Below are positions 46,001-53,810 of a stretch of 53,810 nt of DNA, in pieces. The notes under the pieces were generated by a model that was not told the DNA's origin, did no database searches, and saw nothing but the letters and a program-made list of their open reading frames with translations. Origin of the DNA: a virus (Duplodnaviria > Caudoviricetes); IMG/VR virus record IMGVR_UViG_3300043436_003945, positions 1-53,810 of that record; one strand, given 5' to 3'. The number at the start of each line of letters is the position of its first letter. Position 1 is the first letter of the stretch. Both the position numbers and the translations under genes were made by a program.

Positions 46001-46538
46001 AATTAGTGGCCATGCCGCTAGCAGGGGTGCCGAGCGCGCCGCCAAAAACGACAGGTGCGCCGGCATTGCCGACGGCTACCGCGAGGGCTGCAGCGACGCC
46101 GGTTCCAAGCCCCGAGACGTGCGAGCCGATTCCGACCTTGCCCCAAGAACTGATGGTGTTGACTCCCCCGGAAAGCAGGACATTCCCGGCCGCGACGGCG
46201 GCGAGTCGAGTTAGCGCCGTAGACGAGCTGGCCTGAATTAAATCTCCGATTGCGTAGGTGGTGTTTCCGGTGCCTCCGCTCGCGGGCACGAGCGCTCCGC
46301 CGAGCTGGAGTGTGCCCGTTTCGGTAATCGGACTTCCGGTAAAGGAGAGGCCCGTAGCGCCGCCGTTGGCACTAACCGAGGTGACGGTACCGAGTGCGCT
46401 AAGTCTTGGATCGGTCGTAAGAACGAACGAGGACGCGAGAATTTTCCGCGATCCGCCGGAGACGCCTCCAAGCTCTACAAAGTCGTCTATGAGGGGACTT
46501 AGTGCGGTTACGGGAATTTGTGGGATCGTGTAGGACAT
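43095..46538 (-). CDS. Tail fibre/tailspike with a right-handed beta-helix (putative polysaccharide depolymerase)
   Basis: FNASNYG...TALQAA...GTVVIPQG...IRGEG pectate-lyase-like start, beta-helix rungs, Gly/Thr-rich shaft. Confidence 0.8.
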   Translation of the reverse strand: MSYTIPQIPVTALSPLIDDFVELGGVSGGSRKILASSFVLTTDPRLSALGTVTSVSANGGATGLSFTGSPITETGTLQLGGALVPASGGTGNTTYAIGDLIQASSSTALTRLAAVAAGNVLLSGGVNTISSWGKVGIGSHVSGLGTGVAAALAVAVGNAGAPVVFGGALGTPASGMATNLSGTASGLTAGTVTTNANLTGDVLSVGNATSIASGVIVNDDINLSAAIADSKLATISSSGKVSNSATTATSVNVINAIVARNVDGDFSARVINGTSGVFTALSAVNSVRVTGAATIDGPSSALDYISGKARVWSWGPDASTLGTFAVRLARSNGSNASEPLTVTSTGTAILGTLSASGQISGNLTGDVTGIASDVANGAVIAKVLTGYVSGAGVVAATDSILGAIQKLNGNDASVASAAATDATTKANAAQAAAIAAAATDATTKANAAQAAAIAAAATDATTKANAAQAAAIAAAATDATTKANAAQAAAIAAAATDATTKANAAQAAAIAASQPLDTALSALAGGSDFVKFSGPTGSIKTFTLPDANAELVYQGGNATLSVAAITQLKLAPELGYATAGDITFNFSFSRSRIVLTGNLRVLATGTRANDASGVLELYNPTANSLTLTWSLLASWKTNGVLPTTIPPGQTFQFLFQCWGTAETDVSINYINPAGSGVFNASNYGLVAGNTASQNVTALQAAVTAAVAATRGTVVIPQGQWDFNAAITLGANPNCQLAIRGEGKGVTVLRLSSTTAEALFDFNFITGVGDQRFNFATFSDFTIKPSAPNVKRLIRIKNSMGSFHEAPGCEFYRIAFQGDFTNYANISLENDGCWNTVIRNCLFVGQTNGFVGTVNGTGNAIVVNSDNAFSVNGLVSECQFAFMSRAFYCGGLDANGYPDDTAGAVGVRCEGWTLRDCIAVGLQKGVTFLNGDSTQIPWFNVNNFEMETYLLGWSFRIFNVANVNISDCLLINDENDAFLKYHFYLDRVSFSDIYDNQLKNRPHFAFYLTDNCGIVKIHDNVIDRVATTGFFLGPATSNCQIRNNIFVTAPPTYLDDSGTTNSVDCQGSITWDPGSLIPGQQDNTTLTVSGVKFGATISLGVPYDLNGLTATANVHSPNVVRITLYNSTGGTIDPGSGTWRVRAINPGP
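45004..45292 (-). repeat. 5 x 57-bp coding tandem repeat (AAATDATTKANAAQAAAIA)
   Basis: Near-identical units at 57-bp period. Confidence 0.95.
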
Positions 46539-46916
46539 TTAGAGGCTGATGACGCGGAACTCTTCGTCTGAGGTTATTCTTGCCGTTCCGTCCGCGACGG
46601 TGCGTAGATAAGGATCGGTGGTAGGGAGGGTTGCCGACTGCGTTACGTAGTCGGTTTCAAGCCCCGGCACGCGCGACGTGGGCAAGATAAACGCGAACTT
46701 GGGGGACTGGTTTCGGCTAGGTAAGACGACGTCGGAAATCGTGGCGTATTCGATTTCAAAAACACGCGGAGTAGGAAGACCGTAAGCAAATAGGGCGCGC
46801 TGTTTTCTCCCAAGTTGGATTGCGGAAACCGCAGTAGCGTACTCGATCTCCACCACGCGCGGAGTCGGTAGACCGTATACCGCCATGCCGCCAAAATTTA
46901 CGCGTGCGTCAGACAT
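46539..46916 (-). CDS. Small late protein with internal repeats
   Basis: YGLPTPRVxEIEYAT x2 plus a degenerate third copy. Confidence 0.6.
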   Translation of the reverse strand: MSDARVNFGGMAVYGLPTPRVVEIEYATAVSAIQLGRKQRALFAYGLPTPRVFEIEYATISDVVLPSRNQSPKFAFILPTSRVPGLETDYVTQSATLPTTDPYLRTVADGTARITSDEEFRVISL

Positions 46917-46953
46917 GGCGGTTATTCTTTAAGTACCCTTAGATTTACAGCAT

Positions 46954-48903
46954 TCAACTCCCGCACGACGCGGAAATTAAAACCCTGTCGCCGGTCTCGT
47001 TGAACGATTTATCGCCGGTCGAAGATTCCTGCTCTCCGTCCGCAAAAATACGGTAGCTTCGGATCGCGGCTACGCCCGACCAAACAATCAAAAGCGAGAA
47101 CGCGATGTCGATCCAATCGTTCTGGTTTGATTCGACCCCGCGCGAGGTGCAGGAGGACGAGTCCTCAAACCCTTGCACGGCCGGGGTGCGGACGATGCGC
47201 TGCTGCGGGTTGTAGGTCTCGTAAAGGGACGAAGTTTCCAAGGCGTTTGCGGAGCCTTCGGTAGCGTCAAAATTCCACTCGCCTAAAAGTTTGTAGCGCC
47301 CTCGGGTTCCGGCCCAATACACCTTCAAGTTTACCGCCCCGCGCACCTGCTCCAGCGATACCTCGGCAAATTTAAAGCGTTTGCGGTTAAGACCGGAGGC
47401 CTTTTCCCCAAAGTCGAGGTGGGCTTTTGTTTCGACAAAAGAAAGAATCGGAAGCCCGTCGTCTAGCCCCTCGGGTATAAACGAATCCCAAACTCGGTTG
47501 GTTCCGGATGCGTCTACGGAGGCGTGGGCGCTGCGCAGACTGCCGTTAAAGAGCCCGGTAGCCCACTGCACGGGACGTGTTCCGGTCCAGACCGAGGACC
47601 AGCCCTGCGTCGAGCTGCCCCGCGAATCCGAGAGAACGGTCTGATCGAGCACCCAAGTGTGGCGGTTAAATTTGTCGCCGTTTGGGACCGAGCAGACGAT
47701 AAAGTTTTCGTAAAAACCGAGCGCGGTCTCGGAGAGGTTGGCCCAAAGATTTGATTTGGATACGGCCATCGCGGTATCCTGTGGGACTAGCCTCGACGTG
47801 ACGTAGGCCGCTTGGGCGGCGTCGATATTTACAAGCCCGGTAGGGCTCATCCACCAAAGCATTCCATACGACTGTAGGACGGAGCGCGAGGATGCGCACC
47901 CGACATTAACTAGCAGGGGCCGCTGGAACTGGTCGGTAGTTTTCCAAGCACTCCGGTTTCGAATGTTGCTCCGAAGTATCCACGTTGAATTGAGGCAGAA
48001 AACAATCAGGACCGGGTTATCCGCCGAGGGCAGTTCGCGCAGCGCAACGACCTGCTCCGGAAATTGAAAGTAGCCGCCCTCGGCCGCGTATTCGTTTTCC
48101 TCAAAGGAAAAGGGGTTTGAGATGTCGCTCGCAAACACGAGATTGTTGCGGGCAACCCAGAGCCGATCCCCCGAGAATTCGATTGGGCCTCCGACTGGGG
48201 TCCCGATGCGCTCGTCGACCGAGGCCGACGAAGCGGTGCCGTCTCCTAGCCCCGCGCCGGTCGCGATAAACGAGGTGCCCGCGACCGAGTTTGCGGCTCC
48301 GATCAAAGTAAAATCCGTCGTGCCGGTTGAAACAATCGTGTACTGGGTGCCGACAACAAACGCCCCGGCGTCAATTATTGGGGTCGTGGTGACGAGCGGG
48401 TTGACGTGGCCGCTTGTTGCGCCATCCCAGAAGGCCGTCTTTGTGTACCCGCCGTCCGTTAGGAACAGGACGCGTTTGGGGGAGATGACAGAAATTGTGC
48501 CGTCGCTGTTTCGCTCCGAGGCTTGGACGGCCGTGCAGGCGTACACCTCTTTCGCATACTGATAGAGCTGGATATTTGGAAGTTGCGTGTAGGTGATTAC
48601 GTTGTCGGTGTTAGGAACGAGTGAGGACTCGTAGACCCTTCCGGCCACAATTGCCACGTAGCGGCCCTCGCCTGAGATGGGCCTGAAGTAGTAAAAGCCT
48701 TGGAGCTTTCCGTTTGGAAGCGCAAAAAGCTGACGATACCCGGGGCGTGTGCGAATGATGCCCCCGCGATGGATCGTGTTCTGCGCGTGCCGATACGAGC
48801 GGTCGTCGATAAACATCGGATCGACCGACGACGACATGCCGCTCGTAAAGAAAGCCGAACCGCTGATGCCCAGCCCCGCCTTAATGACTGTGGGGGAAAG
48901 CAT
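46954..48903 (-). CDS. Probable tail tubular protein B / nozzle (stabilisation protein)
   Basis: IRTRPGY near N-terminus, beta-propeller-like pattern, size and synteny. Confidence 0.6.
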   Translation of the reverse strand: MLSPTVIKAGLGISGSAFFTSGMSSSVDPMFIDDRSYRHAQNTIHRGGIIRTRPGYRQLFALPNGKLQGFYYFRPISGEGRYVAIVAGRVYESSLVPNTDNVITYTQLPNIQLYQYAKEVYACTAVQASERNSDGTISVISPKRVLFLTDGGYTKTAFWDGATSGHVNPLVTTTPIIDAGAFVVGTQYTIVSTGTTDFTLIGAANSVAGTSFIATGAGLGDGTASSASVDERIGTPVGGPIEFSGDRLWVARNNLVFASDISNPFSFEENEYAAEGGYFQFPEQVVALRELPSADNPVLIVFCLNSTWILRSNIRNRSAWKTTDQFQRPLLVNVGCASSRSVLQSYGMLWWMSPTGLVNIDAAQAAYVTSRLVPQDTAMAVSKSNLWANLSETALGFYENFIVCSVPNGDKFNRHTWVLDQTVLSDSRGSSTQGWSSVWTGTRPVQWATGLFNGSLRSAHASVDASGTNRVWDSFIPEGLDDGLPILSFVETKAHLDFGEKASGLNRKRFKFAEVSLEQVRGAVNLKVYWAGTRGRYKLLGEWNFDATEGSANALETSSLYETYNPQQRIVRTPAVQGFEDSSSCTSRGVESNQNDWIDIAFSLLIVWSGVAAIRSYRIFADGEQESSTGDKSFNETGDRVLISASCGS

Positions 48904-48906
48904 ATT

Positions 48907-49869
48907 TTACCAATCCAGCCGGTCCGTTTTGTCGGCGATAAGGTTTTGGTCCGCCATCTGAATAGACGGGCCGGACGGGACGTTGACCGAGAGCTGTTTT
49001 TTAATGAGGAGCTGCACGGCCTTCGTCTGGTAGAGTTCCGCCTCTTGCACGTTGTCCTCGTCGAGTTTTTTTAGGGCCTTCGCCATCAAGATTATGGCGT
49101 AGCGCGAGTGCAGCGGAATGATGTCGCTGTCCGAGGACAGAACCTGCGTGGCCTTACGAAAAGCGATGCGCGCCCATCCGCACCCGCAATCCGAGATTTG
49201 GAACTGGCGGTATTCGGGGTTTTTATCTTTTGGCAGATACTGCCCTAAGATATATTGGGGGACGTTGCCCGACGACAGCGCGTACAGGGAGACCACGCCC
49301 ACGGTAACGGGTTTTTCGATACGTACGATTGAGCGGATTGTTTGCGTTGTAAAGTTTGGAATAGTGCCCGTAAAAACTACCGGAACTAGAACGCCGTCGA
49401 CCGGTACTCCGGACTCAATCGAACGAATCCAATTTCCCGCGCCGTCGTAGCCGTAAACTCTGAACGAGGTACCGGCATCTGCGGCAACCTCGGATACCGC
49501 GCAGACCGTACTGCCGGGGCTTGGCGGATCGCGGAACACGCACACGGGGCGGTTCTCCATCCAGTGGCCGCTAACCCTGCGGTTTGCGTCGCCGGGACCG
49601 TTAAGATGGTATTTGAACAGAAAATCGTGCGTCTGCATCGGCCGTCCGCCGACATTTACCGCCAGAACGGTGCCGACGGCCGCCGGGAGCGTTACGATGC
49701 CGTCCTTGCCAACGATTACGTCAATCTGACCGAGAAGGGGGTCCCATTCGGATTCGGTCGCAAGGATTTCAACCGCGTCGTTGAGGCGGTTAAAGAAAAC
49801 GGTGTCATCGGCACCGCCGAGCACTCGTTTGACGTCGTCTTTGACGTCTGCGACGGTGAGCATCGACAT
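48907..49869 (-). CDS. Probable tail tubular protein A / adaptor
   Basis: Helical N-terminus (LNDAVEIL...W); directly upstream of the nozzle-like gene. Confidence 0.5.
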   Translation of the reverse strand: MSMLTVADVKDDVKRVLGGADDTVFFNRLNDAVEILATESEWDPLLGQIDVIVGKDGIVTLPAAVGTVLAVNVGGRPMQTHDFLFKYHLNGPGDANRRVSGHWMENRPVCVFRDPPSPGSTVCAVSEVAADAGTSFRVYGYDGAGNWIRSIESGVPVDGVLVPVVFTGTIPNFTTQTIRSIVRIEKPVTVGVVSLYALSSGNVPQYILGQYLPKDKNPEYRQFQISDCGCGWARIAFRKATQVLSSDSDIIPLHSRYAIILMAKALKKLDEDNVQEAELYQTKAVQLLIKKQLSVNVPSGPSIQMADQNLIADKTDRLDW

Positions 49870-49882
49870 AAAAGGCTCCCGT

Positions 49883-50224
49883 TTACTCTACTTCGTCTTC
49901 CGAGATGTCGGAAGAGGCCTCTTCAAACAGTTCGTCGATGGATTTGTCGGTATCCTGCTCGTCTTCGTCCTCTTCTACTTCCTCGGGCTCGCACGCGCGA
50001 ATCTCAAGCAATCGGAGAGTCGCGGAAGCGCGGGCCGGGGAGTCTCCGGAGGCCTCGGTGGCGGTCACGGGGCCCTTCTTGTACATAAAAGTTATGCAGC
50101 CCTCGTCCGGAAGGTCTAATACTGCAAGATCGTCAAGGTAGAGCGGCAGACCGCGACCTTCAAACATCGAGCTGGGCATGGCCGGCTCGTTGTACTGCGA
50201 CTTTTTGGTGAGATCTACTTTCAT
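49883..50224 (-). CDS. Small acidic late protein
   Basis: Asp/Glu-rich C-terminus; preceded by GATACT. Confidence 0.65.
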   Translation of the reverse strand: MKVDLTKKSQYNEPAMPSSMFEGRGLPLYLDDLAVLDLPDEGCITFMYKKGPVTATEASGDSPARASATLRLLEIRACEPEEVEEDEDEQDTDKSIDELFEEASSDISEDEVE

Positions 50225-50231
50225 ATCTTCA

Positions 50232-50237
50232 AGTATC
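50232..50237 (-). promoter_or_regulatory. Late-gene GATACT motif
   Basis: GATACT-7 nt-ATG 50224. Confidence 0.6.
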
Positions 50238-50250
50238 CGAGAAAGCGGAC

Positions 50251-50484
50251 CTACTCCTTCTTGAGTTTGTCAAAAGTGCGGCGCTGGATGCGGTAGGTGT
50301 AGAAGCCGGCGAGCGCGCCAAAGACGGCCGCCGCCAGAGCGAACAGGGTTTTTGCTAGGTCGGCGTGTTGGGCAAGAGCGTCGTACGCGGAGGTCGTCGC
50401 GGCGATGCTAATGCTGCCCGCGCTGCCGACGTAGCCGAGGCTGGGGTTGGCTTGGAGGGCCGATTCAAGACGTTGCAGGAGCAT
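50251..50484 (-). CDS. Holin-like membrane protein
   Basis: 77 aa, TM LFALAAAVFGALAGFYTY, basic C-terminus. Confidence 0.55.
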   Translation of the reverse strand: MLLQRLESALQANPSLGYVGSAGSISIAATTSAYDALAQHADLAKTLFALAAAVFGALAGFYTYRIQRRTFDKLKKE

Positions 50485-50485
50485 T

Positions 50486-51133
50486 TTAGACCTTCGGTTT
50501 GATGTATTTTTTGACTTGCGCGACTACGGCCTTTTCGGCGCGGTCGAGGTTTGAGGACTGACGAGCTTTAAGGCTTGCGGCGGCCTCGGGGTTTTCGGCG
50601 GCAAACTCTTCGACCGATTTTACGGTCTGCTGCAGCGTGAGTCGAAGACGACGCATCACAAAAAGCGCAACCGAAAGCGTGCCCGGGACAAAAATGAACA
50701 GGGCGATAAGGGTGCCGACTCCGAGGAGGGCCCCGGGGGCCGCAAGGTCGATCCCGGTGCCTTCGAGCTGAATGCCGCTGTATTTTTGCGAGAACTTTTT
50801 CCAGTCGTCGGCCTTTTTTTGTTCGGCGATTAGGGCCTTTTTAAGGGCCGCAATAACGGCCTCGCCGTTATCTGGAGTTACTTTCTTTTCGGGCTCCCCG
50901 AGCGACGCCGACAGCGGGGCCGCTACCGCGTGGATTTCTTCGATTGTTTTAACCGGGTCGGCCCCGGGACTTGCGGATTTCTGTTCGATGTACTCTGCGC
51001 CCTGCCGCTGGCCTTCGAGTATCTCCGGAGATATTTGCTCTACGGGGACTTTTTTTTGAAAGACGCGCGCCTCGGGCATGATACACCCCAAAAACAAAAA
51101 CGGCAGAAGCATAAAGATGCTCGCTTTTTTCAT
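50486..51133 (-). CDS. Lipoprotein with a second TM segment; candidate unimolecular spanin
   Basis: Lipobox FLG-C17, internal TM ALLGVGTLIALFIFVPGTLSVALFV, adjacent to the holin-like gene. Confidence 0.55.
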   Translation of the reverse strand: MKKASIFMLLPFLFLGCIMPEARVFQKKVPVEQISPEILEGQRQGAEYIEQKSASPGADPVKTIEEIHAVAAPLSASLGEPEKKVTPDNGEAVIAALKKALIAEQKKADDWKKFSQKYSGIQLEGTGIDLAAPGALLGVGTLIALFIFVPGTLSVALFVMRRLRLTLQQTVKSVEEFAAENPEAAASLKARQSSNLDRAEKAVVAQVKKYIKPKV

Positions 51134-51163
51134 GCTATTAGGGGTTTAAATTAGTTGCCTGAT

Positions 51164-51235
51164 TTACGCGTTGGTTAGCCCGTTGTCCTGCGGCCCAACG
51201 TAGCTGCGCCAGTTCGTGTCGGAAGTTCCGGCCAT
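51164..51235 (-). pseudogene. 23-codon remnant homologous to the N-terminus of ORF 8297-8827
   Basis: MAGTSDTNWRSYVGPQDNGLTNA* vs MKKDTNWISYVGPADDGRT. Confidence 0.7.
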
Positions 51236-51236
51236 G

Positions 51237-51377
51237 TTACTCGGCTTTCGGTTCCTTTGGCTTTAACGCCTCGGCGATCTGTTCCGCGCACTTGCGTAGC
51301 AAATCGTGGTCGTCGGCCTTTAACGGCGCTTGGCGGGCGGCTGCGTAGAGGTTGGCTAGGGCTTCGTTGGTGGTCAT
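51237..51377 (-). CDS. Small helical protein after the tail fibre (46 aa, not in ORF track)
   Basis: MTTNEALANLYAAARQAPLKADDHDLLRKCAEQIAEALKPKEPKAE; 1-nt gaps to both neighbours. Confidence 0.65.
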   Translation of the reverse strand: MTTNEALANLYAAARQAPLKADDHDLLRKCAEQIAEALKPKEPKAE

Positions 51378-51378
51378 G

Positions 51379-53808
51379 TTATTTGGATTCAAGAGCGGCG
51401 AGGCGAGCGCGGACGGATTGGAGTTCGGCGACTAGGTTGGCAATGACTTCGGCGGAGCTGGCTTGCATACCTTGATAGACAGGTTTTCCGTCACTATCTA
51501 CGGCATCCTTTTTGCCAGTGACGGACGATGGTGACACCTCGGCAAATTCGTGAGCAATAAAGCCAACACCCTTGTCACCCGTGTCCCAGTCAAACGTGCG
51601 AGGCTTTAGAGCGTCAATAAATGCTCCGCTGCCAGTAAGGTCTTTGACGTTGGATTTGCGGCGATAGTCGGATGAAGTATTATACGAAGTTGCTGTTCCG
51701 TTCGTTGTGATTGAACCTACCTTTGTTCCGCTGTAATCAAAATAAACCAGATTACAAGCTGTGTTAGAAACTTTTGCTAAAAATGCCGCATCGGCACCAA
51801 TACTTTCATTAAAAGAATAAATACCAGCACCACCTAGAGAACCTTTAAAAGCTATTTTGGTTGGATATGCTTCAGGCGCACTTGATATTCCCACTAACAG
51901 ACTACCAGAACTCGTCGCAAAGGTGGCTCCTGTGGTGCTCGACAACGCCCCGGTCACGGCAACTGCTCCAGCAAAATCAAAGTTTGATCCCTGAAACACC
52001 AGAGGCAACGCCGCCGAGTCCGCGTTGTTGCGCGACCCGATGACGTTGTAAACATTTGCGCCCTCGTCTTGGATTTTTACCAACCCGCTCGTTGCAGTTG
52101 TTTTGCTTGCCCGAAATCCGGGTCCGCTTAGTATTCCCGTGCTGCTCAACGTGCCAGTCACCGACGTGTTACCCGTGATTGCAATCGTCGCGCTCGCAAA
52201 TCCGGCTCGGTTGCATTGGAGCCAAGTGTTTGCCGCGCCGTTTGCATCATTTACGAGCCGGAAACTTTGAACGCCTCCCCCACTTAAAATATCCCATCGT
52301 TTAGCGTCCGTGCCCGCGCTAGTGTCGAACCACTCAATGCGAGGGTTTGAGTAATTTGCCGAAATTGCAGCGCCTGAGGTAAATGTTCCCGTGCTGCTCA
52401 ACGTCGTAAACGCGCCCGTGCTCGGCGTCGTGGCTCCGATGGCCGTGGAGTTTAGGCCGGTGGAGGTGAACTTACCCACAATAGCAGAGCCAGTGGCATC
52501 AAAAATAACGAGTGAACTGGTAACGCCAGCAATACCATCTCCTATGCGCCATGACCTACCGCCATTTGTGTTCGTGAGGGTAAGATCTCCACCGTTGGTG
52601 AGGTAATCTCCAGAAGCGGAAAGACGTGTGCCGCCAATAGTCGTTCCCACCACCGTGCTCGGCGTCGTGGCTCCGATGGCCGTCCCGTCAATCGTCCCGC
52701 CGTTGATGTCCGCCGTGTCAGCAACGAGCGAGTCAATGTTAGCCGTGCCGTCGATGTTCAGATTGCGCCACTCGTGGCCCGTTACGCCGAGGTCGTAGGT
52801 GTCGTCGGTCGATGGGTTGATGTTAGACGCCACGCGAGCGTTGAAGTTAACCGTGTCCGAGTTGCTGCTGCCGAGGGTCGTGTTGTCGTTCACGGTTAGA
52901 GAGGTAGCAGTCGCCGCTCCGAGAGCGGGCGTGACTAGCGTAGGGCTGGTCGCAAACACCAGCGCACCGCTTCCCGTTTCGTCGCTAATTACACCGGCAA
53001 GTTCTGCCGAAGTTGTGGCTGCTAAAGCCGAAAGTTTGTCCGTCGTTACCACCAAGGTCTTGGAGGCTGGAATCGTTGTTCCGTTAAGCGTGGTGGTGCT
53101 GGACGATGATAGACTTGTAAAGGCACCCGTAGATGGGCTAGAAGCCCCAATAGCCCCTTGTAAACCCGTGCTAGTGATCGAGGTCGTCGCTACGCCGCTG
53201 ATTTTAAACGAGTGGGAACTAGCATCAAAAATAGCAGGGCGGAAGGTTGTTTGAGCATTATCGAAGAACACCAAAGCAGTGCCGCTACCCGAAGCTTGAC
53301 CCGAAATACCTACACGGTCGCCGGTGGTAAGTTGACCCACAACCGCTTGATAGCCGCTATCACTAAGCGTGGTAACGGAGGTAAAAGCGCCCGTGGAGGG
53401 CGTTGTGCCGCCGATTGCGCCGGGTGCCGGGAAACTCGTGACATTTGCGCCGCCGTTAAAATTAGATCCGCCAATGGTGCGAGTTGTTTGAAGCTCTGTA
53501 GCCGTGCCGGCGTTGCCGGTTGTGCTTCCGCTCGACCCCGTCACGCTGCCAGAGATTGGCGCGGTAACGGTCAGACCGGCGAGAGTTCCGACACTTGTCA
53601 GGCTCGATGCGGTCACACCTGATGCCAGCGTTGCGCCGGTAAGCGTGCCGGCTGCGGCTGTGACGGTGATTGGCGCAGTCCCGTTGAAGTCGACACCGTT
53701 GATTGCGCGCGCGGTCTGCAACGCCGTGGCCGTGCCTGCGTTTCCGGTGATTGTCGTCTGGTCGCCGGTGTTCGTGCCGCTGACCGTAGCCGTAGCCGAG
53801 GCAGTCAA
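51379..53808 (-). CDS. Tail fibre with C-terminal intramolecular chaperone (peptidase S74); 5' end lies outside the window
   Basis: TSSDYRRK cleavage motif, GFIAHE, terminal coiled coil; AIGxxxPST repeats. Confidence 0.88.
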   Translation of the reverse strand: MTASATATVSGTNTGDQTTITGNAGTATALQTARAINGVDFNGTAPITVTAAAGTLTGATLASGVTASSLTSVGTLAGLTVTAPISGSVTGSSGSTTGNAGTATELQTTRTIGGSNFNGGANVTSFPAPGAIGGTTPSTGAFTSVTTLSDSGYQAVVGQLTTGDRVGISGQASGSGTALVFFDNAQTTFRPAIFDASSHSFKISGVATTSITSTGLQGAIGASSPSTGAFTSLSSSSTTTLNGTTIPASKTLVVTTDKLSALAATTSAELAGVISDETGSGALVFATSPTLVTPALGAATATSLTVNDNTTLGSSNSDTVNFNARVASNINPSTDDTYDLGVTGHEWRNLNIDGTANIDSLVADTADINGGTIDGTAIGATTPSTVVGTTIGGTRLSASGDYLTNGGDLTLTNTNGGRSWRIGDGIAGVTSSLVIFDATGSAIVGKFTSTGLNSTAIGATTPSTGAFTTLSSTGTFTSGAAISANYSNPRIEWFDTSAGTDAKRWDILSGGGVQSFRLVNDANGAANTWLQCNRAGFASATIAITGNTSVTGTLSSTGILSGPGFRASKTTATSGLVKIQDEGANVYNVIGSRNNADSAALPLVFQGSNFDFAGAVAVTGALSSTTGATFATSSGSLLVGISSAPEAYPTKIAFKGSLGGAGIYSFNESIGADAAFLAKVSNTACNLVYFDYSGTKVGSITTNGTATSYNTSSDYRRKSNVKDLTGSGAFIDALKPRTFDWDTGDKGVGFIAHEFAEVSPSSVTGKKDAVDSDGKPVYQGMQASSAEVIANLVAELQSVRARLAALESK

Positions 53809-53810
53809 AG

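Noticed and set aside
51379-53808. Diversity-generating retroelement targeting tail fibres
   Set aside because: No reverse transcriptase or adenine-variant template/variable repeat pair seen in the window

Overview
This is a 53.8-kb segment of a tailed dsDNA bacteriophage genome with podovirus-like organisation; the host cannot be determined from the sequence. Left end (- strand): a tRNA-like gene with a 45-nt insertion in its anticodon arm, terminase large subunit, an HNH protein and a probable terminase small subunit. Between terL and the HNH gene lies a 28-bp XerCD dif-like site, with overlapping KOPS octamers on its XerD side. A dyad-symmetric repeat array centred at 4222 marks the divergent strand switch. 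The + strand from 4.4 to 29.8 kb carries early/middle genes: many small ORFs, RNA ligase, a candidate SAM lyase, SF2 helicase, a secreted lysozyme-like protein, a nucleotidyltransferase, a Cas4-like exonuclease, an SSB-like protein, family A DNA polymerase, primase-helicase, a sigma70-type factor, a RuvC-like resolvase, a metallophosphoesterase and an HNH protein. The - strand from 29.9 to 53.8 kb carries virion and lysis genes: a 2431-aa polyvalent protein with domains delimited by F(M/L)PE motifs, ejection proteins, tail fibres/tailspike, tail tubular proteins, holin, a u-spanin candidate and a partial S74-chaperone tail fibre. Two promoter-like classes both predict leaderless mRNAs: TYGAC exactly 35 bp before ATG (early) and GATACT 6-8 bp before ATG (late). 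Portal, capsid and integrase genes are not visible in the window. All family assignments come from motif recognition by eye, not from database searches.
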